Source of the DNA: Candidatus Bathyarchaeota archaeon
Lineage (GTDB): Archaea; Thermoproteota; Bathyarchaeia; Bathyarchaeales; Bathycorpusculaceae
Length of the DNA stretch: 64,000 bases
Reading direction: 5' to 3'
Assembly (NCBI GenBank): GCA_963815095.1
Contig: CAWFFH010000003.1
Location: 576,001 to 640,000 of the forward strand
Shown here piece after piece: positions 50,233-60,430 of this stretch. Below the pieces are notes generated by a model. That model did not search any database. It saw only the letters and a program-made list of their open reading frames with translations, and was not told the DNA's origin. Both the position numbers and the translations under genes were made by a program. The stretch's first letter is position 1, and every line of letters begins with the position of its first letter.

Positions 50233-50736
50233 CTAGTAAACTGAAACTTTAGATACACCTGAAATCTTTAGCAGTTCAGGAATTAATTCGCCTGGGATTT
50301 TCTTTTCAACTATCAAGGTTAGTTTTGGTTCTGGTGAAAGTTCTGGGTCGTCTACAATTGCTTGTCGTATGCTTAAACCTGCTCTATTGAGGAGCATGGC
50401 TGCGTTGGAGAGAATTCCTGGGGACTTTGCGTTTACGGGGGTTATTTCTAGGACTCCGAGGTTTAGGTGTTTGGCGATTTCTTTTAGTGAGTGTCCTGCT
50501 GGGCGGATTTCTTCAAAAATCATCTTTAGGTTTGGGTTGGCTTTGATAGTGCATAGGGTTTCATTTACTGTTCTTCTGTCTACGCCTGCCACTCTTGCTA
50601 TGCGAACGGGTGGGATTTCGATTTGGTTTAAGTATATTTTGTCGTTTTTGGCAGATAGGCCGTTTTCTATGAGGACACGTGCTACTTTGAGTCGTTCGGG
50701 GTAGGCTTCGAGTTGGGTTTTGATTTGTTTCCACAT
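50233..50736 (-). CDS. trpY: TrpY-like HTH+ACT tryptophan-responsive regulator
   Basis: HTH IARVAGVDRRTV, ACT domain PGIL...ISIRQ-like; divergent from trpB2 across TRP boxes. Confidence 0.75.
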   Translation of the reverse strand: MWKQIKTQLEAYPERLKVARVLIENGLSAKNDKIYLNQIEIPPVRIARVAGVDRRTVNETLCTIKANPNLKMIFEEIRPAGHSLKEIAKHLNLGVLEITPVNAKSPGILSNAAMLLNRAGLSIRQAIVDDPELSPEPKLTLIVEKKIPGELIPELLKISGVSKVSVY

Positions 50737-50792
50737 TTTTGGTCGCTTGTGTGTATTTCTGTTCGTTTAGGTATAAATGTGTTGTTTTATAA

Positions 50793-50808
50793 TGTACAAA
50801 ACTGTACA
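50793..50808. promoter_or_regulatory. Tandem TRP boxes TGTACA-N4-TGTACA
   Basis: Exact match to the TrpY operator described in Methanothermobacter. Confidence 0.75.
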
Positions 50809-50867
50809 CAAAAGCCTTAAATAAAACTTTAAGGTACGAATTAAAACTCAAGATAGAAGGCGAAAAA

Positions 50868-52289
50868 ATGCCCGACAAAAAAATTCTATTAAAAGAATCA
50901 GACATACCAAAACAATGGTATAACATCGTGCCCGACTTGCCACATCCGCTCCCGCCTTTCATAGATGCGGCGACAGGGCAACCAGGCGTCGGCATCGTCC
51001 CAAAAATCTTCCCAAAAGAAATCATCGGACAAGAAATCAGCCAAGAACGTTGGATAAACATCCCAGACGAAGTCCGTGAAATCTACAAGATCTGGAGACC
51101 TTCCCCGCTGTTTCGAGCATTAGGCCTAGAGAAAGCGCTTAAAACACCCGCCAAAATCTACTACAAATATGAAGGCGTTAGCCCCTCAGGTAGCCACAAA
51201 ACCAACAGCGCTGTCCCACAAGCCTACTACAACATGAAAGAAGGCATCACCCGCGTCACCACTGAAACCGGCGCGGGACAATGGGGCAGCGCACTCTCGT
51301 TTGCCGCCAACAAATTCGGTTTAGAAGCAACCGTCTACATGGTCCGCGCAAGCTTCGACCAGAAACCCTACCGCAAAGCAATGATGAACGCTTTCGGCGC
51401 AGAATGCATTGCAAGCCCAAGCAACAAAACCGCAGCAGGCAGAAAAATCCTCGCTGAAGACCCAAACACTAAAGGTAGCCTCGGCATAGCCATCAGCGAA
51501 GCCGTCGAAGACAGCTTAGAAAGTGAGAAAACAGGCAAAAAAGCAAACTACACCATCGGATCTGTCTTCAACCATGTCTGCATGCACCAAACCGTAGCGG
51601 GACTCGAAGCCCAAAAACAGATGGCGTTAACAGAAGACTACCCTGACGTTATCTACGGATGCATAGGGGGAGGCAGCAGCTTCAGCGGGTTGTTCTGGCC
51701 ATTCTACTACGACAAAGTCTCCAAGAAGGCACCTAAAGAAACAGCTTTCGTTGCAGTTGAACCCACGGCTTGTCCCAAAGTCACGAGGGGCTACTACACA
51801 TTTGACCACGGTGACACCGCCAAACTTACTCCGCTCGTGCCCATGCATACGCTTGGACACGACTTCATGCCCGCGCCCATCCACGCAGGCGGATTAAGAT
51901 ACCATGGCATCGCACCCACCATCAGCGTACTCGCAAAAGAAAAGAAAATCAGCACTCAAGCCGTTAACCAAGTCGACGCGTTTGACGCCGCTAAAATCTT
52001 CATCCGCTCTGAAGGCATAATTCCAGCACCAGAATCAGCACACGCCATCAAATCAGTCGTTGACGACGCAAGAGCATGCGCAAAAACCAACCAGTCAAAA
52101 ACGATATTGTTTGCATTGACAGGCCACGGCTTCTTTGATATGACCGCTTATGAAGAATACTTCGCCGGCAAACTCTTGCCATACGAGTACCCTACCGAGA
52201 AAGTTGCGGAGTCCATGGATAAACTGCATAAACTATATCCTTGGCTAACTGACGCCACCGAGAAATACATCGGCTGCGAAACCTACTAA
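50868..52289 (+). CDS. trpB2: Tryptophan synthase beta chain, TrpB2 type
   Basis: SGSHKTN, ETGAGQWG, HAGGLRYHG, PAPESAHA. Confidence 0.92.
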   Translation: MPDKKILLKESDIPKQWYNIVPDLPHPLPPFIDAATGQPGVGIVPKIFPKEIIGQEISQERWINIPDEVREIYKIWRPSPLFRALGLEKALKTPAKIYYKYEGVSPSGSHKTNSAVPQAYYNMKEGITRVTTETGAGQWGSALSFAANKFGLEATVYMVRASFDQKPYRKAMMNAFGAECIASPSNKTAAGRKILAEDPNTKGSLGIAISEAVEDSLESEKTGKKANYTIGSVFNHVCMHQTVAGLEAQKQMALTEDYPDVIYGCIGGGSSFSGLFWPFYYDKVSKKAPKETAFVAVEPTACPKVTRGYYTFDHGDTAKLTPLVPMHTLGHDFMPAPIHAGGLRYHGIAPTISVLAKEKKISTQAVNQVDAFDAAKIFIRSEGIIPAPESAHAIKSVVDDARACAKTNQSKTILFALTGHGFFDMTAYEEYFAGKLLPYEYPTEKVAESMDKLHKLYPWLTDATEKYIGCETY

Positions 52290-52364
52290 ACCTCAGGCCC
52301 CCATCATCTTTACTCTATTTCTTCTTATTGGCAATCAACTTAATAATAAACAGGTTATCTTCCT

Positions 52365-53501
52365 TTGAACTCTGCTAAAGAATCCATTCCAATAAAAACC
52401 TTAGGATTCATAATTAACCCCGTAGCGGGCATGGGAGGCGCTGTTGGATTAAAAGGAACAGACGGCAAAACAATCTTAACCAAAGCTATCGCCCTAGGAG
52501 CTAAACCCATAGCCACCCAAAGAGCAGAAACCTTCCTAAACCAGCTAATCCCAATCAAAGAAAACCTAAAACTAATAGTTGGCGCTGGCTACATGGGACA
52601 AATCCAAGCAGAAAAAAGCGGCTTCTCATACAAAACGATCGGTGAGAGCAAAAAGGAAACTTCCTCTGAAGACACCCAATCCATTGCCAAAGGAATTGTT
52701 GAGGATTGTGTGGATTTGCTGGTCTTCTGTGGTGGCGACGGAACAACAAGGGATATTCTAAAAGCTGTGGACCTGAAGGTTCCAGTTTTGGGTGTTCCCA
52801 CGGGCGTTAAGATGCACAGTGCAATATTCGCGGTCAGTCCTCAAGCGGCCGCAAGGGTAACTGCCATTTACTTATGGAAGGGGTTGCCACTTAGGGAAGC
52901 GGAAGTTATGGATGTGGATGAGCAAGCGTTTAGAAAGGGGCATTTGTCTGCGGAACTTTACGGGTATCTGTTGAGCCCTTATATGCCGCACTTGATTCAA
53001 GGCAACAAGATGGAGAGCCCGGTGACTGAAAGCGAAGTGGAAAATCAAGCAGCTATAGCAATCTACATAAACGAAGAAATGAAACCAGAAACCATCTACA
53101 TCGTCGGACCAGGAACAACCACCCGAACCATCGCCGATCTCTTGGACCAGAAAAAAACGCTCCTCGGCGTTGACCTTTTCCAAGATAAAAAAATAATTGC
53201 AAAAGATGTTGGTGAAAAACAAATCCTTCAAGTAATAAATGGAAAAAAAGCCAAGATTGTTGTGACGCCTATTGGTGGGCAAGGCTTCATTTTCGGCAGA
53301 GGCAACCAGCAGATAAGCTCCAAAATCATCCGCCAAGTGGGCTTAGACAATATCGTTGTAGCCGCCACTAAGGGCAAGTTGGATAAGTTAGAGAGTTTGA
53401 GGGTCGACACTGGCGATTCTGAACTGGATGAGCAGTTAAGAGCAAATGGGATTAGAGTCATAGTTGACTACAAAATAACTAAACAAATGAACATTGAATA
53501 A
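52365..53501 (+). CDS. ATP-NAD kinase family protein
   Basis: NPVAGMGG, GGDGT, GVKMHS, GRGNQQ; start uncertain. Confidence 0.85.
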   Translation: MNSAKESIPIKTLGFIINPVAGMGGAVGLKGTDGKTILTKAIALGAKPIATQRAETFLNQLIPIKENLKLIVGAGYMGQIQAEKSGFSYKTIGESKKETSSEDTQSIAKGIVEDCVDLLVFCGGDGTTRDILKAVDLKVPVLGVPTGVKMHSAIFAVSPQAAARVTAIYLWKGLPLREAEVMDVDEQAFRKGHLSAELYGYLLSPYMPHLIQGNKMESPVTESEVENQAAIAIYINEEMKPETIYIVGPGTTTRTIADLLDQKKTLLGVDLFQDKKIIAKDVGEKQILQVINGKKAKIVVTPIGGQGFIFGRGNQQISSKIIRQVGLDNIVVAATKGKLDKLESLRVDTGDSELDEQLRANGIRVIVDYKITKQMNIE

Positions 53502-53613
53502 TTCTTTTCCAACCTAAACTCCTTTAAAAATTGAAAAGTAACGAAGAATGTTTTTCTTGGTAACGGAAATATACTCGAAGTCCAACCTATTCTAACAAAC
53601 TGAGGCTGAAACT

Positions 53614-54717
53614 GTGATTCCGATTAATTTGCCAAAAATCGGCGAAGAAGAAGTCCAAGCAGTAGTTAAAGTTCTAAGAAGCGGCATGCTAACCAGTGGA
53701 CTCGGCATGGGTCCAGCCGTAACAGAATTTGAAAAGGGCTTTGCAAAAATGGCTGGCGCCAAACATGCCGTAGCAGTTAACACTGGCACCGCAGCGCTAC
53801 ACGCAGCCATAATGGCAGTTGGGGTAAAGCATGGTGATGAAGTTATTTTGCCCAGTTTCACTTTCGTAGCAACCGCGGAAGCCGTTGCATTGGCAGGAGC
53901 AAAACCAGTTTTTGCCGACATCGACCCCAAAACTTACAATTTAGCACCATCAGCAGTGGAAAAAGCATTAACCAAAAAAACCAAAGCCATTTTACCGGTA
54001 GATTTGTATGGTTTTTCCGCCGAAATGAAACCTCTCCGAGAGATTGCAGACAAAAATGGTTTGGTTTTGGTAGAGGATGCAGCTCAAGCACATGGAACAA
54101 CATATGACAAGAAGCCCGCGGGAGCTTTTGCTGATGCAGCTTGCTGGAGCATGTATGCAAGCAAAAACATAATGACAGGCGAAGGCGGCGTAGTAACGAC
54201 AAATAACGACCAAACCGCAGAGACTCTACGGATGATTAGGACGCACGGCGAAAAAGCCAAGTACGCCTCACTAATTTTGGGAACGAATTATCGTATGTCT
54301 GAGATTCAAGCTGCCATCGGCAATGTACAACTTGAACGATTAAGCGGTTTTGTGGCTAAACGACGCCAAAACGCACAGTTACTTACTAAACTCTTAGAGA
54401 AGAACAGCAAACTTGTTTTGCCTTATGAAGCAAAAGACAGACTGCACAGTTGGTACCTCTATACTGCACGTTTAAACGATGGAACAGAAAATCAACGCAA
54501 CACGATCATTGCAGAACTCAAAAACAAAGGAATTGGTGCAGAAGCGTATTATGTAAATCCAGTGCATCAGATGCCATTCTATAGAGAAAACTTTGGAAGC
54601 CCAAAACTCCCAGAAACCGAGAAAGCGTCAAAGCAGGTTTTCTCGTTGCCAATTCATCCTGGAGTCACTGAGGAACAGGCTCGATTTATTGGGGAAACAG
54701 TTCTCAGTCTCCTTTAG
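53614..54717 (+). CDS. DegT/DnrJ/EryC1/StrS aminotransferase
   Basis: TGTAALH, EDAAQAHG, KNIMTGEGG. Confidence 0.92.
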   Translation: MIPINLPKIGEEEVQAVVKVLRSGMLTSGLGMGPAVTEFEKGFAKMAGAKHAVAVNTGTAALHAAIMAVGVKHGDEVILPSFTFVATAEAVALAGAKPVFADIDPKTYNLAPSAVEKALTKKTKAILPVDLYGFSAEMKPLREIADKNGLVLVEDAAQAHGTTYDKKPAGAFADAACWSMYASKNIMTGEGGVVTTNNDQTAETLRMIRTHGEKAKYASLILGTNYRMSEIQAAIGNVQLERLSGFVAKRRQNAQLLTKLLEKNSKLVLPYEAKDRLHSWYLYTARLNDGTENQRNTIIAELKNKGIGAEAYYVNPVHQMPFYRENFGSPKLPETEKASKQVFSLPIHPGVTEEQARFIGETVLSLL

Positions 54718-54810
54718 TTTGGCTGTTCTCTGTAGTGGAGTGTAAGAGTTAAATTACCCTTTACATACTATACCATCTGATTTGTAGGAATTGGGTTTTC
54801 TTTAAGGGGT

Positions 54811-55206
54811 ATGAACACTTTGAGTAATGAAGAAGGCGTTTCCCGCATAAAGGTCAAGTTTCTCATCGAATGCTTAGGTGAAGCTGAGGGTGAACTTGTC
54901 AGGTTCCTTGCACCAAGAACAATAGACTATATCGTTCGCAAGCTTCCCCTCGAAGGTAGAGCCGCATTGTGGAAGGAAGAGGTTTACTTTGAAATTCCCT
55001 TAAAGATGGGTGAAGAAAAAGCTAAGCCGACAGTGGAGCAAGGCACGATTGCTTTCTGGCCGATGGGCAGTGCTTTATGTGTCTTTTATGGTAATTCTCA
55101 GCCCTACAGTCCAGTGAGTATACTAGGAAAAATTACCAGTAACCTAGAACTTTTCAAGCAAGTTAAAAGTGGAATAACAATAAAAATTCAGTTGTTAAAG
55201 ACTTAG
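54811..55206 (+). CDS. Cyclophilin-like fold protein
   Basis: WKEEVYF, GTIAFWP..ALCVFYG. Confidence 0.8.
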   Translation: MNTLSNEEGVSRIKVKFLIECLGEAEGELVRFLAPRTIDYIVRKLPLEGRAALWKEEVYFEIPLKMGEEKAKPTVEQGTIAFWPMGSALCVFYGNSQPYSPVSILGKITSNLELFKQVKSGITIKIQLLKT

Positions 55207-55682
55207 AAAGCAATTGAGCTGTCTTTCCACATTTCAAGTAGGCGCTCACATTCTTCTTTGATTTCTTTATCTTCAGTTTTTTCTTTGAGGGTTTTTAAGA
55301 ATTCGATACGCTTTGCCACAGACCGTTTTTCTGCGTTGCCACCGTAGTAGAGTTCGCCATCTAAGTACTCTTTCATGTGGTAGGCTTTTTGGATAAATAG
55401 ACTTGCCGCGTCCACTGGGTTTTCTACTGCAAACTTGTTTGCCCAGATTACGACTTCTGTTTCCCTGAGTTGAGTTATACCGTCGATTTCCATGATTTTC
55501 CTTATGTAGGATTGCAAAAAGTTGTGGTATCCTGCAGTTTTGATTAGTTCAAGGGCTTGTTGTACCTGTTTTCTAAACTCAGGTGTGCCTTCAACTATAA
55601 GATTGTGTTTATGGCCCTGATCTATTAGTGCCTTTGCGGTTTTTACTTCTTCTGTCGTATAAACTCTATCTGGGAAACTCAT
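55203..55682 (-). CDS. Conserved hypothetical protein
   Basis: 159 aa ORF, co-oriented downstream of rps25e. Confidence 0.7.
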   Translation of the reverse strand: MSFPDRVYTTEEVKTAKALIDQGHKHNLIVEGTPEFRKQVQQALELIKTAGYHNFLQSYIRKIMEIDGITQLRETEVVIWANKFAVENPVDAASLFIQKAYHMKEYLDGELYYGGNAEKRSVAKRIEFLKTLKEKTEDKEIKEECERLLEMWKDSSIAF

Positions 55683-55738
55683 GAAAATACAAACTCCAAA
55701 TAAGAAAATATTTTATTAAAATAAGATAAATTGTGCAG

Positions 55739-56068
55739 TTATGCAGCAGGCTTGTAGATTTTGATGTTGTGGCTGCCAGAGACAAGTTGAATTGAACCGT
55801 TTGCCTCAAGTTGTTCGAGATAATCTTTGGCTGCGCTTATGCGTATGCCGTAGCGTGTTGAAACTGCATATGGCGTTAAGACACCCATCTTTTTGATTTC
55901 AGCAATGTTTTTGCCATCTTTTGCATCTGGAACCATTATACCAACGGTCTTTCGTTCTTTTGGTGGTCCAGCTTTCTCTTTCTTCTTTGCTTCTTTAGCT
56001 TTATCTTCGTCTGCCTTAACCTGTGACTTTTCCATCTGCTTTATGCCGAGTTTCTTTTTTCCACCCAT
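55739..56068 (-). CDS. rps25e: 30S ribosomal protein S25e
   Basis: Basic N-terminus MGGKKK, LTPYAVS...ISAAK..LEQLE winged helix. Confidence 0.82.
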   Translation of the reverse strand: MGGKKKLGIKQMEKSQVKADEDKAKEAKKKEKAGPPKERKTVGIMVPDAKDGKNIAEIKKMGVLTPYAVSTRYGIRISAAKDYLEQLEANGSIQLVSGSHNIKIYKPAA

Positions 56069-56101
56069 TATTTTTCACTTTAGTTCTTTTTGTCTGCATT
56101 T

Positions 56102-57589
56102 TTATTGTGGTTGGCTTATTTCAACCTTATGTTGCGCTTTCCAGTCTTTGATTGGAACGCCAAGTTTCTTTTCTACTTCAGCACGGTGGATGGAATTCAT
56201 GGTGCAGAATGGAATTATGCGTCCATCTGGAACAGCATAATGGATTAGGCAGCGTTCTATTCTTTCGAGATCAAAGTTGTACGGGTCCATGAAGTGCATT
56301 GAAGTAAGCAATAATGATTGTCTTTGGAGGTCACCAAGGGATTCATAATCGCCTTTTATCACGACCGGCAAAAGCTTTCTTATGAAACTGAATTTAACAT
56401 GCCGCAATGAACCTACGAGGGATAGGTATGCTCTTGTTCTGTGGCCATCAGATGCTTTGGCGTAAACATTCCTCATACCGTCAAAGAACTTTTCTACATT
56501 AGCAAATTGTGTGATTGGTTTGATTTTGCCGTTCTCTATAAACAGGTATGTTGCCATACCGCAGTGTGGATGTGCAGTGAACTCCAAGTATTTTCTGCCT
56601 TTTAATGCGCCTACTGCTTTAGACACAATAGCTACTGAAGGCACAGGGAAAAAGTCTGACACTTTAACAGCCCCGTTTGTTTGCGCTTCAACGTTCTTCA
56701 TAAAGTCGGGAATAGTGATGCGCATTTTTTCGCGTTCCGTTTGTGGCAAACGCCCGCATAGACTAACGGGTTGAACGTTTATGCATCTGACCACGTCGAA
56801 GTTTTTAACAGCAAAATTGACGATATCACCAAGTTGGTGATCGTTGACGCCCTTGACCAATGTAACTACCAGAACTATGCTTTCGAAACCTGCGGCTCGC
56901 AAATTCTCGATGGCCTTCATTTTTATGTCAAGCAGGTCTACGCCACGAATGAATTTGAAAACGTCCGATGTTAACCCGTCGAATTGCAGATAAATGGTAC
57001 TGACGCCAGCTTCTTTGAGTTGTTTGCAATATTCTACGCTCTGCGAGATCCGAAGGCCGTTCGTGTTAATTTCAACGTGGCTGAACCCGAGTTCTTTTGC
57101 TTTTCGAATAAAATCGAGGAGATCCTTACGGATTGTTGGTTCACCACCCGAGAACTGCAGGGCGGTAGCAGGTACCGGTTTGTTGGCTCGAAGGTTCTCA
57201 AGCATTCCGAAAATTTGCTCTTTTGTCGGCTCATAAACGTATCCTGCAGCTGCAGCATTAGCAAAGCAAACTGGGCAAGTTAGGTTGCAGCGATTTGTAA
57301 CGTCGATAATTGCCAAAGCCGTTTGGGATTTGTGTTCGGGACAAATGCCGCAGTCATAGGGGCAACCGTTTTTCTTATCGGTTCGAGGGTTGCTTATGCC
57401 GTTGCCGTCAGATCGGAACTTTTCTGCCCGCATGTATTGGTCATAGTCAGACCAGTAGAGTTCATTAAAAGCCCCATGTTCAGGGCATGCTTTTTTCATG
57501 AAAACTTTTCCATCATCTTCGTAGATGGTTGCGTCAATTGCCTTCAGGCATTCTGGACAGATGCTTCTTGTAGGTTTGATATCTTTCAT
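56102..57589 (-). CDS. tes: Radical SAM tetraether lipid synthase (Tes/GDGT-MAS family)
   Basis: N-terminal SICPEC...CPEHG, CPYDCGICPEH, CNLTCPVC, HPHCG, C-terminal RCLIHY...IPFC; start MKDIKP. Confidence 0.82.
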   Translation of the reverse strand: MKDIKPTRSICPECLKAIDATIYEDDGKVFMKKACPEHGAFNELYWSDYDQYMRAEKFRSDGNGISNPRTDKKNGCPYDCGICPEHKSQTALAIIDVTNRCNLTCPVCFANAAAAGYVYEPTKEQIFGMLENLRANKPVPATALQFSGGEPTIRKDLLDFIRKAKELGFSHVEINTNGLRISQSVEYCKQLKEAGVSTIYLQFDGLTSDVFKFIRGVDLLDIKMKAIENLRAAGFESIVLVVTLVKGVNDHQLGDIVNFAVKNFDVVRCINVQPVSLCGRLPQTEREKMRITIPDFMKNVEAQTNGAVKVSDFFPVPSVAIVSKAVGALKGRKYLEFTAHPHCGMATYLFIENGKIKPITQFANVEKFFDGMRNVYAKASDGHRTRAYLSLVGSLRHVKFSFIRKLLPVVIKGDYESLGDLQRQSLLLTSMHFMDPYNFDLERIERCLIHYAVPDGRIIPFCTMNSIHRAEVEKKLGVPIKDWKAQHKVEISQPQ

Positions 57590-57696
57590 TCTCTTTTTTG
57601 CCTTCTTGCATGTAAGCGTTAATTTCGAAGTGCTTAAGTGCAGATGTGATGATAATAAGGTTTCCAGACGTTTCCTAAGGTGATTGAGGGGAGAAC

Positions 57697-58446
57697 ATGG
57701 CAATAAACGAAGTCACTCGAGATACTCTACATGAAATGGGCTTGAACGCCTACGAAATCGACGCTTACACAGTACTACTGGAAGGTGGGCAAATGACAGC
57801 TATGGAGATAAGCCAACAAGCAACTGTGCCGTACAGTAAAATGTACGAAGTTCTGAACTCCCTCAAAGAAAAAGGCTGGATAAAAAGCAGCGAAACCCGA
57901 CCTTACAAATACTACCCTGTTCCACCCTTGGAAGCAACACGTTCTACTAAGCTGCGGCTTGAAGATAAGTACCTAAACTGGGAAAATACTGTTGCTGAAA
58001 ACCTCCAACCTCTCTATGAAAAAAGAGAACTTGTTGAGCGCCCTGACATGCTGATTTTGCGTGGTCAACAAGCCGTTCTAACAAAACTTGAAGAGGTTCT
58101 GAAAAAAGCATCCTTGGAAATTGTGATTGCGGCGCCAGAATTCGCTAAACCCTTGATTAGTTTGGCTGAACCTTTGATTGGCAATGGTTTAAAGAAAACG
58201 GTTAATGTGAAATTGATGGCTGCTGGAAAAAAGGATGATTGGCTTTTCCTAAAAAAATTTTGCTTAAAAGAGCTTAGAATCCGTGACCATATGTTCGGCG
58301 GTGGCGTAATCGCTGACGGAAAAGAGGCCATGCTGTTTCTAGGTGAGGACAAACCAACCCTCGTAATTTGGAGCAACCACGTGGGCTTAGTAGGGTTTGC
58401 TCGCGAGTACTTCCAGTTCCTGTGGGATTCTTCTGCAACTGCCTAA
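57697..58446 (+). CDS. TrmB-family transcriptional regulator
   Basis: GLNAYE, VPYSKMYEVLNSL..KGW. Confidence 0.87.
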   Translation: MAINEVTRDTLHEMGLNAYEIDAYTVLLEGGQMTAMEISQQATVPYSKMYEVLNSLKEKGWIKSSETRPYKYYPVPPLEATRSTKLRLEDKYLNWENTVAENLQPLYEKRELVERPDMLILRGQQAVLTKLEEVLKKASLEIVIAAPEFAKPLISLAEPLIGNGLKKTVNVKLMAAGKKDDWLFLKKFCLKELRIRDHMFGGGVIADGKEAMLFLGEDKPTLVIWSNHVGLVGFAREYFQFLWDSSATA

Positions 58447-58503
58447 CGCGTTAGACTAGCAGTAAATAAAGAAGTCCACTATTGAACCCTAAAGGGAATC
58501 ATC

Positions 58504-60036
58504 TTGACAAACAACTTAACTTTGGCATACAGGGATCTTTTATCTAAAACTAAAGATGGGGTGGTGCTTTCTACTGCCGAGGGTATCATTCACTGGGACA
58601 TGGAAATTTATATGCCTCCAAAAGCAGTGGAGCAACACAGCCAACAACTGGCACTTTTAAGCCGCATGCATCATCAACTGGGAACGGACCCAGAAATAGG
58701 TAAACTCCTAAAAACAATTCAAATAAGCCCAGAATACCAAGCGTTGAGTCAAGTGGAAAAACGCAACCTGTACCTCATCAACAAAAATTACCAAGAACAA
58801 ACCGCTCTGCCCGAAAAACTCGTCGCGGACATTGCCATGCAAGAAGCAATCACAGTCAACACATGGAAAAAAGCTAAAGCAAAAAAAGACTTCAACCTCT
58901 ACAAAGCCGACCTACAGAAACTCTTCGAACTCAACAAGCAAACCGCAGAAATCCTCATGAAAGTCAAAGAAACCAAAACTCCCTATGAAGCGTTACTTGA
59001 TAATTTTGAGCCAAAAATGTCCTCAGAGAACATAACTACAATTTTCAACCAGTTACTCGCAGGCTTAAAGCCGTTAATAGCTAATATTGAAAAATGCCAG
59101 TCTAAACCAACCACTCAAACACTCAAACTGCCAGTGCCAGTTGAGGATCAACGTAAAATCACACAGTTAATAACACAAACTTTAGGTTACGACACTACTT
59201 CAAAGGAAGCTGGAGGAAGAGTTGACGAAACCGAGCATCCATTCACAACAGGCTATTATGATGATGTGCGGATAACCACTCATTATTACCCCAACAACTT
59301 TGCAAGCTCAATCTTCTCCGTACTTCATGAGACTGGACACGCGCTTTACGAACAAAACCTAAACCCAAAATGGCAATATCAACCAGTCGGCTCCACATGC
59401 TCATTCGGCATACATGAATCACAATCACGGTTTTACGAAAACATAATCGGACGCTCAAAAGAATTCTGGAGAAGTTTTCTGCCAAAAATCATACAAGCAG
59501 CACCAAACTTAGGAAAACTCCAGTTAGAACCATTCGTTCAAGCTATTAACAAGGTTGAACGATCCAAAATCCGAATCGAAGCAGACGAAGTAACTTACAG
59601 CCTCCACATAATAATTCGATTTGAGCTTGAAAGAGACCTATTCGCCAGCAAAATTTCAATCAATGAGCTACCAGAGGCATGGAACCAGAAATATGCTGAT
59701 TATCTCGGCGTAAAAGTCGAGAATGACGCAGAAGGTGTGATGCAGGATACGCATTGGGCAAGTGGCTTGTACGGTTACTTCCCAAGCTACGCGTTAGGCA
59801 ACATCTATAGTGGACAAATAACAGCTGCAATCAGTAAAGACTTTCCAAATTGGCGTACCAATCTTGCACAAGGAAAACTAGAAGACGTGAACGGATGGCT
59901 AAAAACAAATATTCATGTCAAAGGTGACCTCTATGATCCTGAGGAACTAATCAAGCAAGCAACAGGGAGAACCCTCACTTCAGAACCATACCTACAGTAC
60001 CTAAACAAAAAATACGGCAGCCTTTATGGGTTTTAA
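58504..60036 (+). CDS. Carboxypeptidase M32 (Taq-like)
   Basis: HPF, HETGHALYEQ, HESQS, IRIEADE, QDTHW, GYFPSY. Confidence 0.95.
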   Translation: MTNNLTLAYRDLLSKTKDGVVLSTAEGIIHWDMEIYMPPKAVEQHSQQLALLSRMHHQLGTDPEIGKLLKTIQISPEYQALSQVEKRNLYLINKNYQEQTALPEKLVADIAMQEAITVNTWKKAKAKKDFNLYKADLQKLFELNKQTAEILMKVKETKTPYEALLDNFEPKMSSENITTIFNQLLAGLKPLIANIEKCQSKPTTQTLKLPVPVEDQRKITQLITQTLGYDTTSKEAGGRVDETEHPFTTGYYDDVRITTHYYPNNFASSIFSVLHETGHALYEQNLNPKWQYQPVGSTCSFGIHESQSRFYENIIGRSKEFWRSFLPKIIQAAPNLGKLQLEPFVQAINKVERSKIRIEADEVTYSLHIIIRFELERDLFASKISINELPEAWNQKYADYLGVKVENDAEGVMQDTHWASGLYGYFPSYALGNIYSGQITAAISKDFPNWRTNLAQGKLEDVNGWLKTNIHVKGDLYDPEELIKQATGRTLTSEPYLQYLNKKYGSLYGF

Positions 60037-60215
60037 GCAGGCTGTTTCTTGGTCATTTCTTTGTATACATAGATTATGAGGTAGGCAGCGATAGAACCGA
60101 TGAAGAGATAAACACCGCTGTATCCGACCACTGCGTTATAAGTGTTGGCGCCATATAGGAAAAGTAAGAATCCAAGTATGAATAACCCCAATAATGTCCA
60201 GTCAGTCCAAGACAT
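60033..60215 (-). CDS. Small 2-TM membrane protein
   Basis: Two hydrophobic helices; GAGG upstream of ATG. Confidence 0.65.
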   Translation of the reverse strand: MSWTDWTLLGLFILGFLLFLYGANTYNAVVGYSGVYLFIGSIAAYLIIYVYKEMTKKQPA

Positions 60216-60430
60216 CGGATTTCCTCGTCGAATTAGGCATTCAATATAAGCTATGGGATATAAAGATTTACGAGTTAGAATGCGCCAACCAAAAAAGTCA
60301 TCGCCACTGATAAACTTCGGGCAAATGACAACTTACCCTTAACCCCTTTCAAGTCAATTACAATTTTTTCTAGCCCATCCGACATTTTTATATATAACAT
60401 AAAGCACAAAGAGCAAACGAGGTAAATTAA

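Noticed and set aside
50561-51061. 166-aa minus ORF spanning the trpY/trpB2 region
   Set aside because: Shadow ORF overlapping two well-supported genes and their operator
57590-57703. N-terminal extension of the radical SAM ORF in the track
   Set aside because: It overlaps the divergent trmB start and promoter; the family-like sequence begins at MKDIKP (57589)
60270-60330. GGCGATGA segment and imperfect hairpin resembling a fluoride riboswitch start
   Set aside because: The rest of the consensus and the pseudoknot partner are missing
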